DNA of 64,000 bases from Veleropilina oligotropha. Taxonomy: Eukaryota. Below are positions 13,015 to 25,439 of this stretch, piece by piece (the first letter of the stretch is position 1; the number at the start of each line of letters is the position of its first letter). Location of the stretch: assembly GCA_048128005.1 (NCBI GenBank), contig JBEUKZ010000066.1, positions 186,001 to 250,000 on the forward strand, read 5' to 3'. A model generated the notes under the pieces. That model was not told where the DNA came from. It saw only the letters and a list, made by a program, of their open reading frames with translations, and searched no databases. Both the position numbers and the translations under genes were made by a program.

Positions 13015-13539
13015 GTTAGTAATTTATTTTGGCGACTTTTCGCTGCAAAATGGAAAATTAAGCATGAACCAAACTTTTCGTAAATCATTTAACATTACTG
13101 CAACATAAACTTATTTTATTTAATATCAATGTTAAGTTAAATCATCATAGGGCTGCCATGGTAAACTTTTTTGAGAAACATGAAGCATCACTTTTGGCCT
13201 GTTAATGCCTATATATATATATGTCAATGACCCATCCTTCGGTTCTTCGCTGTAGTAGACAGCATAACGAGACTAAGAGCTTGTTTTGATCATTTTGTAA
13301 CGAGTATTGATTTGTCGGTAGTTTTTCCAAGCACTGCACAATTAAACTGGGGTCATTTCATCTAGACAGACTAATCTATATATATTTATATATAACTTGC
13401 ATTAAACAAAAGCAATTTGTCACTGACAAGAAAAGATGGTGATTTGGTTAATTAGAGCTCGACAGTCACTGATTATATTGATCCCTTGATTTCTGTTTTA
13501 ATTTTAAAAGAAAAATATTTGTAAAAAATAATTATATGA

Positions 13540-13802
13540 TTGAATCCCCCAATAACTTTCGAGGATGCTAGGGTTTAACGTCCGTTACGCTGCGTTCGTT
13601 TTCGAGAGATTCATCGTGATTGCTCTAGACAGGTCATTTCATAATGTAATGTTTTCAAATTTGGTATGTACATTGGTTGGAGTGAAGACATGACACCTAT
13701 AGATTGCAGGTGTGGTTCGACCTCCAATATGGCTGCTGTGGCCACCATCTTGGATTTGCCGGGATACATAATTATGCTGTCACTAAAGTGAGCATTTTAG
13801 TT
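13540..13802 (+). mobile_element. Short HINE-like element related to 26671-27040
   Basis: Shared ctctagacagg.catt, ccaatatggc.gctgt and 3' ccggg(g)atacat...hairpin segments. Confidence 0.6.
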
Positions 13803-13927
13803 ATGTTAGTGATCAATGTATTGATTAAACAATATCTCCAGATAGTATGGGAAAATTAATGTGTTTTGGTTAACTGTCAAATCTATTTAGCAATATAATA
13901 TGTCTTGTGTCATTCAATAAATCTTAG

Positions 13928-13972
13928 ATGCCTCTTTAACTTTGCAAGCAACCGATTGTGACGATAGATCAG
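13928..13972 (+). CDS. TOGARAM1: Candidate 45-nt cassette exon (DASLTLQATDCDDRS)
   Basis: atcttag acceptor, CAG|gtatga donor, phase 1-1, frame-preserving; no homology support. Confidence 0.4.
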
Positions 13973-15409
13973 GTATGAAACAGCATGCTTATTAGCACAA
14001 AATATCTGTATGTTACGTGATATTATGTATCATGTAAATTACTTTTGATAAATATTGTTATTTAATGTTGTCGTCAATTCTGTTTGTTAGATCATTTGTT
14101 TGTATTGATCACATCATTTTTGCATGACACATGCCCTTTACGAAATATGGGATGCTAAATTTTCGGACAGGACCTATTTCATTCTTAAGTAAATCCTGTA
14201 AACTGACAACTCTTGATGAGTTTGATGAAATATTAATTCTTCATGTTCATAATGAAAATTTTAATTATTAAATTGATGAAATTAAACAAATTTGGCATGA
14301 AGTGTGTAAGAAATGGACTTTGTGCAGACACAATATTACTGTCATACACCAACAAGTATGAATATTTTATATCTTTAACCTCAGGCCTCTGAGTTAATCA
14401 CAACATCCATAGCAACAACAGTAATGTCAATCCTACATTGTTAACGATGTAACATATTCCTGTCACAGTTATGGATGCTTTGGATGGTGTATATAGAGAT
14501 TTGGGCATTGAATAATTCTTGTAAGTTTATTTGGTCGAATTTAAACATGTTGACAGTATGGCTATGTCTGTGTGGGGCAGCATTCACTAACTTTATTTTA
14601 TGTACTATCATTGAATAACCTTTCAAATTCTCATCCTTTTTTGTGTCATCTTTTCACTGAAGACAATAATGAATTAATGCCAAATGATCTGTTAACTTTT
14701 ACAACCTAAACGTGATCTATATGGAACATAATTATGCATCATTTTGTAAATTTATATCATGGTACAGCATAGTAATAAATATTTGATGATTACCAGCTAC
14801 CGCCTTCAAGTGTGCAGTCTTTCATGTCTTAATTAATGTTATTGCACAATAATAAGACATTCTGTCATATTTCATATTTTATGACTAAAACATATATATA
14901 TGAAAATAAATAAATTAATGGACTGATAACTAGTATCCAAAAGATTATACACCTGACTGCATTTTCTTATTGCATGATTATACACGTACTATATATAGTA
15001 TTTATATAAGTGTTAAGTGTTTTTCAATAATCAGGCTTTTTCATCAGAAACTTTTTTATTTTTTTGTATAATGCTCTCTGTCCTGTACAATTGTAACATT
15101 GTGCTAATATGCTGTTATACAGCTATCACTGTACTATTTTCAGATTGTAGTGTCAGATGTTCATACCTTTTACCAATGTATAATTTTCTTGAAAGATAGC
15201 ACATCTTGATGGAAACTTGTCAAGCATGTCAATGATTTTGACACAATCTTACTTTCTAACGTGACAAATAACTTTTTAATAGGTGTCGATTGTACATAAC
15301 AATTTGTGCACATGAAAAATATTATCTAAACATGATGATGTGGTTTTTGTAGAATTCATTGTGCATTGCTTAAAATTATTTCGTTTAAACTGGGAGTGTT
15401 TTCCTCCAG

Positions 15410-15600
15410 CAGTCAGAGACCAGGAGGAGTACCCGATCCCGTTAAAGCCTGCCTTAGCCCGCGGATCAGCCAGCCATCAGCGACGCGTCCCACCCATCAA
15501 TCCGTCCAGCAGTCGATACACCACTCCGCGCGAGGATGACGTCGACAGCGCCTACGCTCCGTCACTGGAGAGCTACACATTCGACAATGAAAACTCTGAG
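15410..15600 (+). CDS. TOGARAM1: TOGARAM1 exon (AVRDQEEYPIPLKPALARGS...FDNENSE)
   Basis: cctccagCAG tandem acceptor, weak GAG|gtctga donor, phase 1-0, GC-rich coding island with PIPLKPALAR motif. Confidence 0.85.
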
Positions 15601-16080
15601 GTCTGATACAAATTATGTTTCACTTTGCTACTACTGTATTGAAATTATTTAATTATATAGTACATTAAATTTTGTTCACTATGTGTGCTGCGATTGACAA
15701 AACAATGCAGGTTAAAGATTGTACTTAAAAATTTAAAATTTGATAGTTGTCGTACCATAAATTTTGAATCCTCTTCTTTAAATGAAAGTGTCCTCAACCG
15801 AGGTTGTTAAGTGGGCCCGAGTTGGAGCTCAGCTGCCTGGCTCATTCTACCACTTAAAATAATAGAAAGCATATATATGCCCTATATGTCGTCTGTTAGA
15901 TCAGTGTACGACCTTAAACTGGGTCCCAACTGCGATAAGACTGAAAAATTGTCGAAGGTGGTCATAAAACAAAGATGACAATCTAAATGAAAGTGTTTGC
16001 AGTTTGGACATAATCAATTTTTGACATAGGTCTATCAGTTTGTTTGTTGTTTTATTGACCGAATGATCCAACCTAGTTGG

Positions 16081-16342
16081 GAGGCCGCTTCGGTAGCGCA
16101 GTGGGTAGAGTGTCCACTCTAACTTCACTGGCTTGTTTCCGCTGACGCGAACAGTAGTGGGATCGACCCCCGGCTGAGGCAGCACACATTTGTTCAAGTT
16201 ATGAAGCACAGTTGTCCGTGACTGGCCGAAGAGGGCGGGTTTACCCGGCGACCGGGGTTTCCTCCCGCGATAACACAGACATGTCCTGCCTTGAACCTCG
16301 ATGTTATAAATATACAGGACATTAAGCATAATTCCTCCCCCC
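16081..16342 (+). mobile_element. tRNA-derived SINE, family A, full length
   Basis: Near-identical to 3079-3337; 13-bp TSD CCAACCTAGTTGG. Confidence 0.88.
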
Positions 16343-16802
16343 CCAACCTAGTTGGTAATAATTTGGTGGGCGTTGAATCATTGACATGATTAGACAATAA
16401 TAAATATGACTTGATGATCAAACTCACAATTTATGACACGAATAATCAATTTGCATTGTATATATATATATATTTATATATATATGTGTGTATTTTCTTG
16501 GCTATAAATGATAAACCGGTGTGTTCCAACTGCGATGGAATTGAAAACATGTATTGATTTTGTGTTTTTTTCTAAGATCTCATTATGTACTAAGCATAAA
16601 TTCGTTTGGGATTATCATTTGTGGAATATCTTTTCGTAATCTTTATAACATGCAAAAATTCTAGCTGAAATCAATAAGTTTCTGTTGCAGCAATGGTAAT
16701 CGGTTTAACTGTGTTATTTGTACTAATAGATCAAATGTAAGTTTCATGAAAATAGACCATCATGGCTCTTTATAAATTATAGTAAAATTATTTTGCTTTC
16801 AG

Positions 16803-17026
16803 ATGCTCAATTCTCTCAAGCAGATAAGAAACAGTGCATCAAAGAAGAAAGCAGCTAAAATCTTCAAGCATCTTGAGAGAGAAGACGGCCAGCCTAACCC
16901 GTATTCGCGATCGCCGTCGCCACCGTATTCGGATTTCATGGGGAGCGGGGTGTTCAGTAGCTCTTCCTCCTCCTACCACGATGATGAGTCTGATGTCACA
17001 AACGGAGATTCGTCCAGGAAGAAAGG
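16803..17026 (+). CDS. TOGARAM1: TOGARAM1 exon (MLNSLKQIRNSASKKKAAK...SSRKK)
   Basis: gctttcag acceptor, gtgcgt donor, phase 0-2; conserved SLxxxRNSAxKK motif. Confidence 0.9.
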
Positions 17027-17150
17027 GTGCGTATGCACATTTAACATAGCAACTATACTCTGTGATCCTTTCCTGACATTAGAAATAATGCTAAATATGG
17101 TCGCTACCTATACTAGCGATTCTTGCTTCAACACAAAATTTCCTTTTCAG

Positions 17151-17422
17151 AAAAAAAATTGAATCTCCATTCGAGTCAAAGCCGAAACTAGCACGAGGAG
17201 ATTCGTTTGGCAAAAAGAAACCTTTGGATTATACTGATGCAGACGACGTGAAAGCTTATAGTCAGCTGGAGTCGCGAAATGACTATAATCCAAGCAGTGG
17301 GGTTACTTTTCCGGATAATCGAAATCCGGATGTGAAAATCATCGGAAGAGGTTATTCGGATGAAAACAAATCGAGCCCAGCCTTGAGTAAAGCAGCTCGA
17401 GATAGGCGGAAGTTGACGAAGG
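17151..17422 (+). CDS. TOGARAM1: TOGARAM1 exon (KKIESPFESKPKLARG...RRKLTK)
   Basis: ccttttcag acceptor, G|gtaagt donor, phase 2-1. Confidence 0.88.
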
Positions 17423-18147
17423 GTAAGTCGCTTGCACTAACGTTTTTTTTATGCAATTCACTGTTTGGATCTGCAGATTCAAGTCGCACCAGTTTAAACT
17501 GTTTTTTTCTCATATTTGATAACTTCACTCTGCATGTACACGTACCTTTGTTTCAGAGTCTAAATCTTGTTTAATGTGCAAGAGGCAATAATCAAATATA
17601 ATGTGGTATGAACGACATTATAAATGTATTTCATATTTATAAAATTCATTATATTTCAAATGTTAATCATTTTTAACAATAAAAGATACCTATATTTTTT
17701 TAAATGTTTCAAGGTCAACTGTTATTGCCAATAGGCATATTTTGAATTTTTGAACAAATAATGAATGTCTCCGAAGAAAGTCTGTATCGTTACACATTTT
17801 GTACATCACGGTCTTGTTTTAATACAGTTACTGTTTCTGGCATCAATTTGTGCAAATTAGAGCAGCAAGGGTTTACATCACTGAAACGGCAAATCTGTTA
17901 TCTTTGCTAAACCAGCTCAGATAACACCAGCTGCATTCTTTCAATGGTCATTCAATTCGCTACATAACTATCTCTCTCAACTTCCAACTATGCTATGAAG
18001 AATGCACCGCCGTAATAATACATTCTGCGTCTGACATTAACGCCTTTCTTCTACACCCTTGGCTGCCTCAATTTGCACGTATTGACCCCGCCGCGAGTGC
18101 GTGTGTGCTGCACCATCTAACCCTGCATGGCGTGCTTCGATTTACAG

Positions 18148-18252
18148 GCAGTTTGCTCTCGCCACTGGGCATGTCCTCACCACACTTGACCGGGGCACTG
18201 GAACTGGATGATGACCAAGTGCCCGCTAAAGAGATAAGCATCTTCGGCAAGG
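18148..18252 (+). CDS. TOGARAM1: TOGARAM1 exon, probably a cassette (GSLLSPLGMSSPHLTGALELDDDQVPAKEISIFGK)
   Basis: tttacag acceptor, G|gtaggt donor, 105 nt, phase 1-1. Confidence 0.78.
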
Positions 18253-18742
18253 GTAGGTGCTGATTGGCCGACGGCTAACGTACTAACATCCGTTGTAATT
18301 CAGACCATGATTTCTTTATGGGTTCTGATATTTATAATAATGCCAGAAATTGATAAATATTTGTAGTAATAATAATGATTGTCTGTTCTATACAGCATGT
18401 AATCTGCCGTCTCAATATTATTGTCCTGGCCTTTTCCACACAAGATTTCAGATTCCATCTCAACTCCCTCAGGGAGCATTACAGTCGGTACATGAGGATA
18501 GCACTGTGACTTACATAACTGCCTACCAGATACCCACTCAGATCGACCGGGTGGACAACTGGACATATGCATAATAACATAATAATTATTTATTGGTTAT
18601 TATTTAAAAATCATTCACTAATAATAGATAGATAAAACAATTAGAGATGGACGTAGGTTGCCGCGATCTATTGACAAAAGAATGACCTGAAAAGTAATAT
18701 AATTACTCGACAAAACATTTTAACAGAATATGAAATATTGCG

Positions 18743-19860
18743 CAGGGTTCGAAATTGGCTATTGTCCTATTGCCCGGGACAATAATAATCCCGTGCGGAC
18801 AACCTTTTATTCCAAAACACTTGTCCGGTGGACAATGAAATATTTATGCAGCGATTTCTAAACTTTCCTGTTGCAGATAATAGTTCCCATCATATTGTGG
18901 CTTTTCAGTGCTCTCACTGAGTGAATAGACCAATATTTCACTGGTTTATTTCCTTCGTTTATTCTGAAGTCGATGCAAATTGTAACTCACAGGCTAAAGT
19001 CGCAATGGGCTGCATAATGGCCGCCATGTTTGTTTAAAACTATATAGAAGCCTATCGCGTATTTTCATTGGTCAATGAATAATGCTTAAGCCAATCAACT
19101 GTTGTGCTAGTAAATGACAAGGCTACTTGAATATTATTGATCCCATCTTGCAGACGACCAGTCAAAACAATAAATGAATGATAAATACAGTCCCAATGAT
19201 TCATTTTAGCATAAATGCTGGAGATTCTTTGATCTTGAACTATAAAGGAACTAATGATTTCAATAAATGATTTAGACTACATGTCAAGATAGACTGTCAA
19301 GATGGTATGTACTAGTTAGGCAATTATTTACTGAGCAAAAAGTGTCACTGTATGTTTAGCAAATTGCATTTAAGTTAATAAAGTTTTAAGGGTTATAATA
19401 ATAATACATTATTTCTGTTGACGATATTAAAATGGTCATTAAAGAATTAGTATGTATAATAAAATTTTAATATGTGTATTGTAATATTGAAAGACACAAA
19501 AATATAAATAAATTAATCCAATTATTTCATTATTTATATTTTCTAAATAAGTCAGGGTTAAATATTAATTACCAAAATAAAGTTAATAACATATGACATT
19601 CATTAATTTAAAACAGAAAATAAGAGGATTATACTGTTTATATGTGGTACAGTGATATAAAGTGATATTTAATATTGGCTACTAGTCACTATAACGGAAT
19701 TTTCTTTGGCTGACTCGTGAAATTTTGATTTGGCTACTAAAAAGGTGTCAGTCAAAGGCCGGTATGGATAACGGACAAGAAAATCGTGAGTCGGGCAACA
19801 AAAATTGCAATAAAGGTTGCCCGAATGTCCGGTGCTCAAATTTTTTAATTTCTAACCCTG
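18743..19860. mobile_element. Non-autonomous hAT-like transposon, 5-bp TSD
   Basis: TIR CAGGGTTCGAAATT / AATTTCTAACCCTG; TTGCG on both flanks. Confidence 0.8.
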
Positions 19861-20592
19861 TTGCGTAATTTAAAAAGTTTGATTGTTCCTGAAAATCCCA
19901 GTTTGCGGACATCATTTTGTCGTTCTCAATTTGCAGGTATTGAAAAGTATCTCGAATCTTTGTGTATTGAATTAAGACTTGTGACCTGATGTGTTGCCAT
20001 GTTCGCATAATGCTGTATACACATCGTATGTATCGGCCATGCCTTTACTGTCTAAAATATGCAATTATTTATCTAACATGCACGGGCGTGAATGCGTTAA
20101 TTTTCTGATAAGTTATGGCTGATGTATAACTAGTTATTCATTTTTGTATTTTTCACAGGTAAAGTCATCATCTTTGTATTGTCTGTCATTCTTATCTAAT
20201 AAATGTTGAATGATATGCCCATCTTGGGCCATATTGTACTATAACATCATCTAAATTCATCTTGTAGGTAAGCAGTTTATTCATTCATATATAATTTGTC
20301 TATATAGTTATGTTAGAATATTTTGTGTTAAATTGGATATAAAACTGCAGCTGTTACAAAGTGGTAAGAATTATAGATTATGTAGTAAATATCATTTTAG
20401 CGATCATTTCTCTTTCCGACACTTGTTATTTCAGTCGTATTCAAAGCATACAATGTCAAGTCGATTGTTTGCTTAGTGTGTATTGATAATTATTGTATAC
20501 GCATTATAGTGCTAACTGTCTATATGAGATGGTTAATCGTGTTATTGTAGCTATAATGAATGCATTGAGGTACGGGATTTTCTCGTTTCCAG

Positions 20593-20786
20593 GGATGTTC
20601 GACACCACGGGATCGGAACATTCTTCAAGCCTGTCAACGTCGCCGGATAAACTCGATCGGAAGACGACCTACTCCGACCACAAGGACATTCCGAGCGGTG
20701 TCGTCTGTGTAGGGGTGAAGCAGAATCTAACCGAGCGAAGAGGGTCTAGCGACGAAGCCGGGATATACGACGACTACTCGGATGAG
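20593..20786 (+). CDS. TOGARAM1: TOGARAM1 exon (GMFDTTGSEHSS...YDDYSDE)
   Basis: gtttccag acceptor, GAG|gtgaag donor, phase 1-0. Confidence 0.85.
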
Positions 20787-21388
20787 GTGAAGGGATTGTC
20801 TTGGAGCAACGAAATGTTATTATCCAGACCTATGTTATGTTTTGGATTTGGATCGATGCTTAGTGTTCCCTTTTAAACTCTGTCAGATTCCTATCAGGAC
20901 ATATTCGTATTATTACTGGAGGAAGGCCTGGTCGCCCTGAAAGACCCGCCCTCACAACTGGGACTGTTAACTGAAAACGTTTCGTTATTGAATTCTGGCC
21001 AAAACAAAGAAATTTCGTTTCCACATGATAACTAAGCAAATATATATTATTTTTCAATGAAACTTGCTGGATGCCTTAATCATGTGACAAGGAAGAAGCC
21101 TATATATTTTCCACCCTATCGCTCGCTTTGTCACTGACTTCTGGCCCTTGTTCGAAAAATATAATTTGTTTCCGCACGATATTAAACTAAACCAATATAA
21201 ATTTCACAATGAAACTTTCCCGATGGCTTAATCATGTGTCATGAAGATCCCTATTCGTTTTCATTCTTGTAGCTCGATTTGTCACTGTCTTCTGGCTTTC
21301 ATTCGAAAACTAAAGAATTTTCATTTTCGCACGATAACAAAACAAAATCTAAATTTTCGATAAACTTGGTAATTTATAATATTCTATA

Positions 21389-22015
21389 CCGTATTGGACC
21401 GTCTAAGTGCACATACCCTATTAAGCGCACATCTCCTTTTCTCGTGTCCAGATATGTTTATAAATGTGAAGTCCACGAACAACCGAGTGAAATTCAAAGG
21501 TACTCTCAGCGGTTTCAGCTGGCTAAATTGCGGTCGCCATGCTTTTTCTGTACATTCACCGAGCTTACGAGGTTACAGTGACTTTATATGGATAGGGACC
21601 AGTCATTTAATACTTGAAGGGATACCTACGATATTCCTAGTCCTATTAAAGGATATTGTTTTAAAAATGAACGGTCCCTGTCGTCTTAGTAAGTCTTGTG
21701 ACATTGATATTGATTTTGTTCGTTGGAGGCTGCCACAGCAAGTAAGACTGTTTTAACTGCTGATAAGATTGTTTTTGTGTTGAGTAACGATGTTTACAAA
21801 TGATTTACCGTAGATAGTAGTTCTTGTCAGAATAAATTGGTGTTATTTTACGTCGCAGATGTTTTTTGTCGTTGCAAAGTGCCGTTCGAAACTGACGTAA
21901 GGAGGAAAGCAGAGATTTTTTTACTTCTGCCTTGACATGTGCGCTTAAACGAACGACAAATTTATAGGAAATTTAATTTGTTTACCCCGCTGTGCGCTTA
22001 AACGGTCAAATATGG
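21389..22015. mobile_element. Tc1/mariner (pogo/Tc2-like) MITE
   Basis: TA|CCGTATTGGACCGTCTAAGTGCAC ... GTGCGCTTAAACGGTCAAATATGG|TA. Confidence 0.72.
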
Positions 22016-22123
22016 TATTGATGATTGTGGTTAGAGAATCTATCATCTCTAGACAATTTTCATTGTTATGAATATGATGTTGAAAAATCATTAATGTCGA
22101 CTCGCTGTGATGTTCTTTTGTAG

Positions 22124-22319
22124 TATCAACCAAGTATTGGCAACATCACACGAACGAGAGACAAAAGCATCTCCAAGCAGCAGAGCAACGCGGAAGAAAT
22201 AGACATAAAAAACAAGGAGCGGAAACAGCAAGAAAAAGAGGAGCGAGTCCGTTTGGAGCGTGAGCGACAGCAAGAGAGACTCCGTAAACTGAGCAGTAGA
22301 AATAACCTTGAACTTCAAG
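22124..22319 (+). CDS. TOGARAM1: TOGARAM1 exon, charged coiled-coil-like (YQPSIG...KERKQQEKEERVRLERERQQERLRK...ELQ)
   Basis: ttttgtag acceptor, AAG|gtaaga donor, phase 0-1. Confidence 0.85.
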
Positions 22320-22603
22320 GTAAGACCCGAAGTAGGGTGACCATATTTCAAGGCATTGGTGGCGACTTTAAATGTATTAAAATTTATAATTTGTTTATAT
22401 TGTGAAACTCGTACCCTGTCATGAAATTTAATCAACATCCTCACTACGATTTCAAATGTGATCTCTCATAGGAATAGCAAATGAAGCAAGCTATTACTAT
22501 ATACTGACCTATTTAACCATTTCAATAGGCATATTTATTCATTGAAATGGGAATTGTGTGAAAGACTAAAGGAAACTAACTCTTGTTGTATATTTTCTAT
22601 TAG

Positions 22604-22703
22604 ATCTCGCTGTTGAAGGAAATACATCTTCTAGTCAGATTAAATCGAGTCCATCCAAGCCTCCTCTGGCTGCATCCCCCAGGAAGAGGGAGAGGGTCAA
22701 ACA
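22604..22703 (+). CDS. TOGARAM1: TOGARAM1 exon (DLAVEGNTSS...SPRKRERVK)
   Basis: ctaac branch-like motif, ttctattag acceptor, gtgagt donor, phase 1-2. Confidence 0.85.
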
Positions 22704-22780
22704 GTGAGTAGGAATGTCAAGGTTTCGTGCATGGAACTGGCGTTAACATGATATGCATTGGGGTTGTCTTGTGGAAGTTA

Positions 22781-23614
22781 TTGTATCACCGAAATTCTAA
22801 TTTTCGGGGATAGTATGGTTTAGGCATAGTTCAGCCGCTGCCGCCGCAGAGATTTCTTGTGTGCACTCTACAGTGAAAGGTTCTAATCCTATTTGATTCA
22901 AATTTGGTATACACGTCTGTTATGATGAGGACTTGCCACCTAACTATTTTTGTCATTTTCGGATCCAATATGACCGCCATGGCGGCCATTTTGTTTGATG
23001 AGATTTCTTATGCGCATTCTACAGTGAAAAGTTATTATCCAAGTTGATTCAAATTTGGTATACGCATTACTTATGATGAGGACACGCCGCCTGACGATTT
23101 CAGTTGTTTTTGGATCCAAGATGGCCACCATGCCGGTCATTTTGTATGGCGAGATTTCTACAGTGAAAAGTTATTATCCGATTTATTTTAAATTTGATAT
23201 ACATGTTTGGTATAATGAGGACACGTCGCATAATGATTTGCGTTGTTTATGTATTCAAGATGGCCGTCGTGGCAGCCATTTTGTTTGAAGAGATTTCTTG
23301 TATGCACTCTGCAGTGAAAAGTCCTAATCAGATTTCATTCAAATTCGGTATGCACATTAGTTATAATGAGGACATGCCACCTAGCAATGTTTGTCATTTT
23401 CAGACTCAAGATGGTTGTCGTGGCAACCATTTTGTTTGAACAGATTTCTTGTGTGGGCTGTACTGAGAACAGAGTTTTTATCCGATTTGATATACACGTT
23501 TGGTACGGTGAGGACACGACGCCTATCGATTTTCACCATTTTCGTATTTAACATTGGCTTCCAATGGAAGAGAGAAGACATCCCCTCGGCTTGCAGGTCG
23601 AGGATTCGCTAGTT
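22781..23614 (+). mobile_element. HINE-like element with about five degenerate internal repeats
   Basis: 5' hairpin plus gccgcc tract, repeated ctacagtgaaaag...caagatggcc...ccattttg, 3' hairpin and ctagtt. Confidence 0.7.
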
Positions 23615-23622
23615 TCTAAGTA

Positions 23623-25355
23623 CAGTGGATTCCACTTAATTGCATAACGCTTAATTGCATATTTCGGATATTTGCATAAAATCTGCAGGAACAGAATAGT
23701 TTACTATTATTATCATATGCAAATAATCGCTTAATTGCATGCATAATTACCGGATTTTCGCTTATTTGCATAAGAAATTTTCGACTGCACAATACATAAT
23801 TGATAATATGTTGTAGGTAGCACCTAGATACGAACGCAGAATAGGGGATTATACACAAATATAAATTATGCAATCCGTACCCAGCGATGTCTTCTTTTTT
23901 GTCTAGGATTCTGGGGGCGAATTGTCATATTTACTAGGGGACGAATTTGTTTGGGGTCGAATTGTCATGATACCGTGTAATTAGCTGACACACATTCCGC
24001 GACGTCACTCATTGTTGCTTAGCTACGCATTTTCTCTGACGTCGCAATTATCAAAACATCACTCCATTCTTGCAGAAAAAGATATATGCACAGACGATAG
24101 CAATGGGTTTATATCAATTTGTCGCGTTATTAATGTTATTGTACTTGGATAATTGGAAGTTTAAATTGGATAATTTGAAGTTTAAAATCGGCCGTTGTCG
24201 TAAAAATACCGAATTTCATTGGAAACAGGGCTGACTGGAGTTTGCGCAGTGGTCAATTCGTGACCATCCGGTTCATGTTGCAAGGTATGTGCAGGAATCT
24301 AAATATTGTGGTCATGTTACATTGTCCCTAATCTATAGGACTCACTTCGTTCGCGCTTCGCGCGAACTGCGTTCGTTATTAACATCGTTAAATTGATAAA
24401 AATACTTGCATATTTGCCGGTATGTCTTGCTACGCCATCGTAAAGATGTTTATTCAACAGTAACATTCGAAGTTTAACCATTTTTCAACCTCGTGGGTTT
24501 CAAAATAATTTTTACTTCCGGAAAAAGTCGGAACGGAAAGTTCGATAAACATCGTTTCAGTGTAGAAATGTTACGGAAATGAACGATGTCAATCGGGGAT
24601 ATTATGGGATGGCAGACATCGATCGATAATCGGATTAAAATCTATTGTCAAAGTCCAAATAACAGACTTTAGGGTTTATCTGAACGCAAAATCAAAGATT
24701 AGGCTTACGAATCAATGTAAAAGGTGCTGTTACATGTATTCATGTGAACATCACTTAGTTCGCCGATAAATAACATAATTATAAGACAACAACAACACAA
24801 CGTTTCTTTTGTAACAAAATTAAAAATTATCTCCCCTGATTTGGTTTCGTAGCATCGCCGTTGAGAACTACGGTTATTCAATTATTATTTTAACTTATAT
24901 ATGAAGACAACGTCTTATAAGTTTTTTTATATCATATCATAATATACTGGACTAATTAAATATCGCTAGAAATAATTATTCAATAATTGTAAAAACAAAT
25001 CGATTCGAGATTAAAACATAGGGCAAAATTTTCAACATGGCGGCCGATAACGCGACACGTGTTCAGCAGAAGAGAAACATTCAGAATATGAATTTCCACA
25101 CCCTAGTAAACAGTAAACTATATATCAATTCTACTGAAACAGGTCAGAATAACCACAAAATATTGTGTATACAATCCGTATTCATGGAAAGAAAAATACA
25201 TTACACAAATTCTCCTTTGTAAATAAATTTATTACCAGGACATATGATTTCCGGCGAAAAACTTGCCGAAATTTACGTAACGGTTAAACGCATAATCCGC
25301 TTATTTGCATAAATAATCGCGACAATCTCGCTATGCAAATAAGCGGAATCCACTG
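23623..25355. mobile_element. Tc1/mariner (pogo/Tigger-like) non-autonomous element
   Basis: TA|CAGTGGATTCC.CTTA.TTGCATA ... TATGCAAATAAGCGGAATCCACTG|TA. Confidence 0.82.
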
Positions 25356-25439
25356 TAATCACATTACAAGAGTTGTTATCTTTAAAAGAGTTGTTATCAT
25401 TGTGATCAGTTCATATTCATGGCCGGCTCATGATTGGTA

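Noticed and set aside
22960..23430. Cluster of YY1-like AAGATGGC(G/C) motifs as a promoter
   Set aside because: They are internal units of a HINE-like repeat and recur in other repeats of the window.
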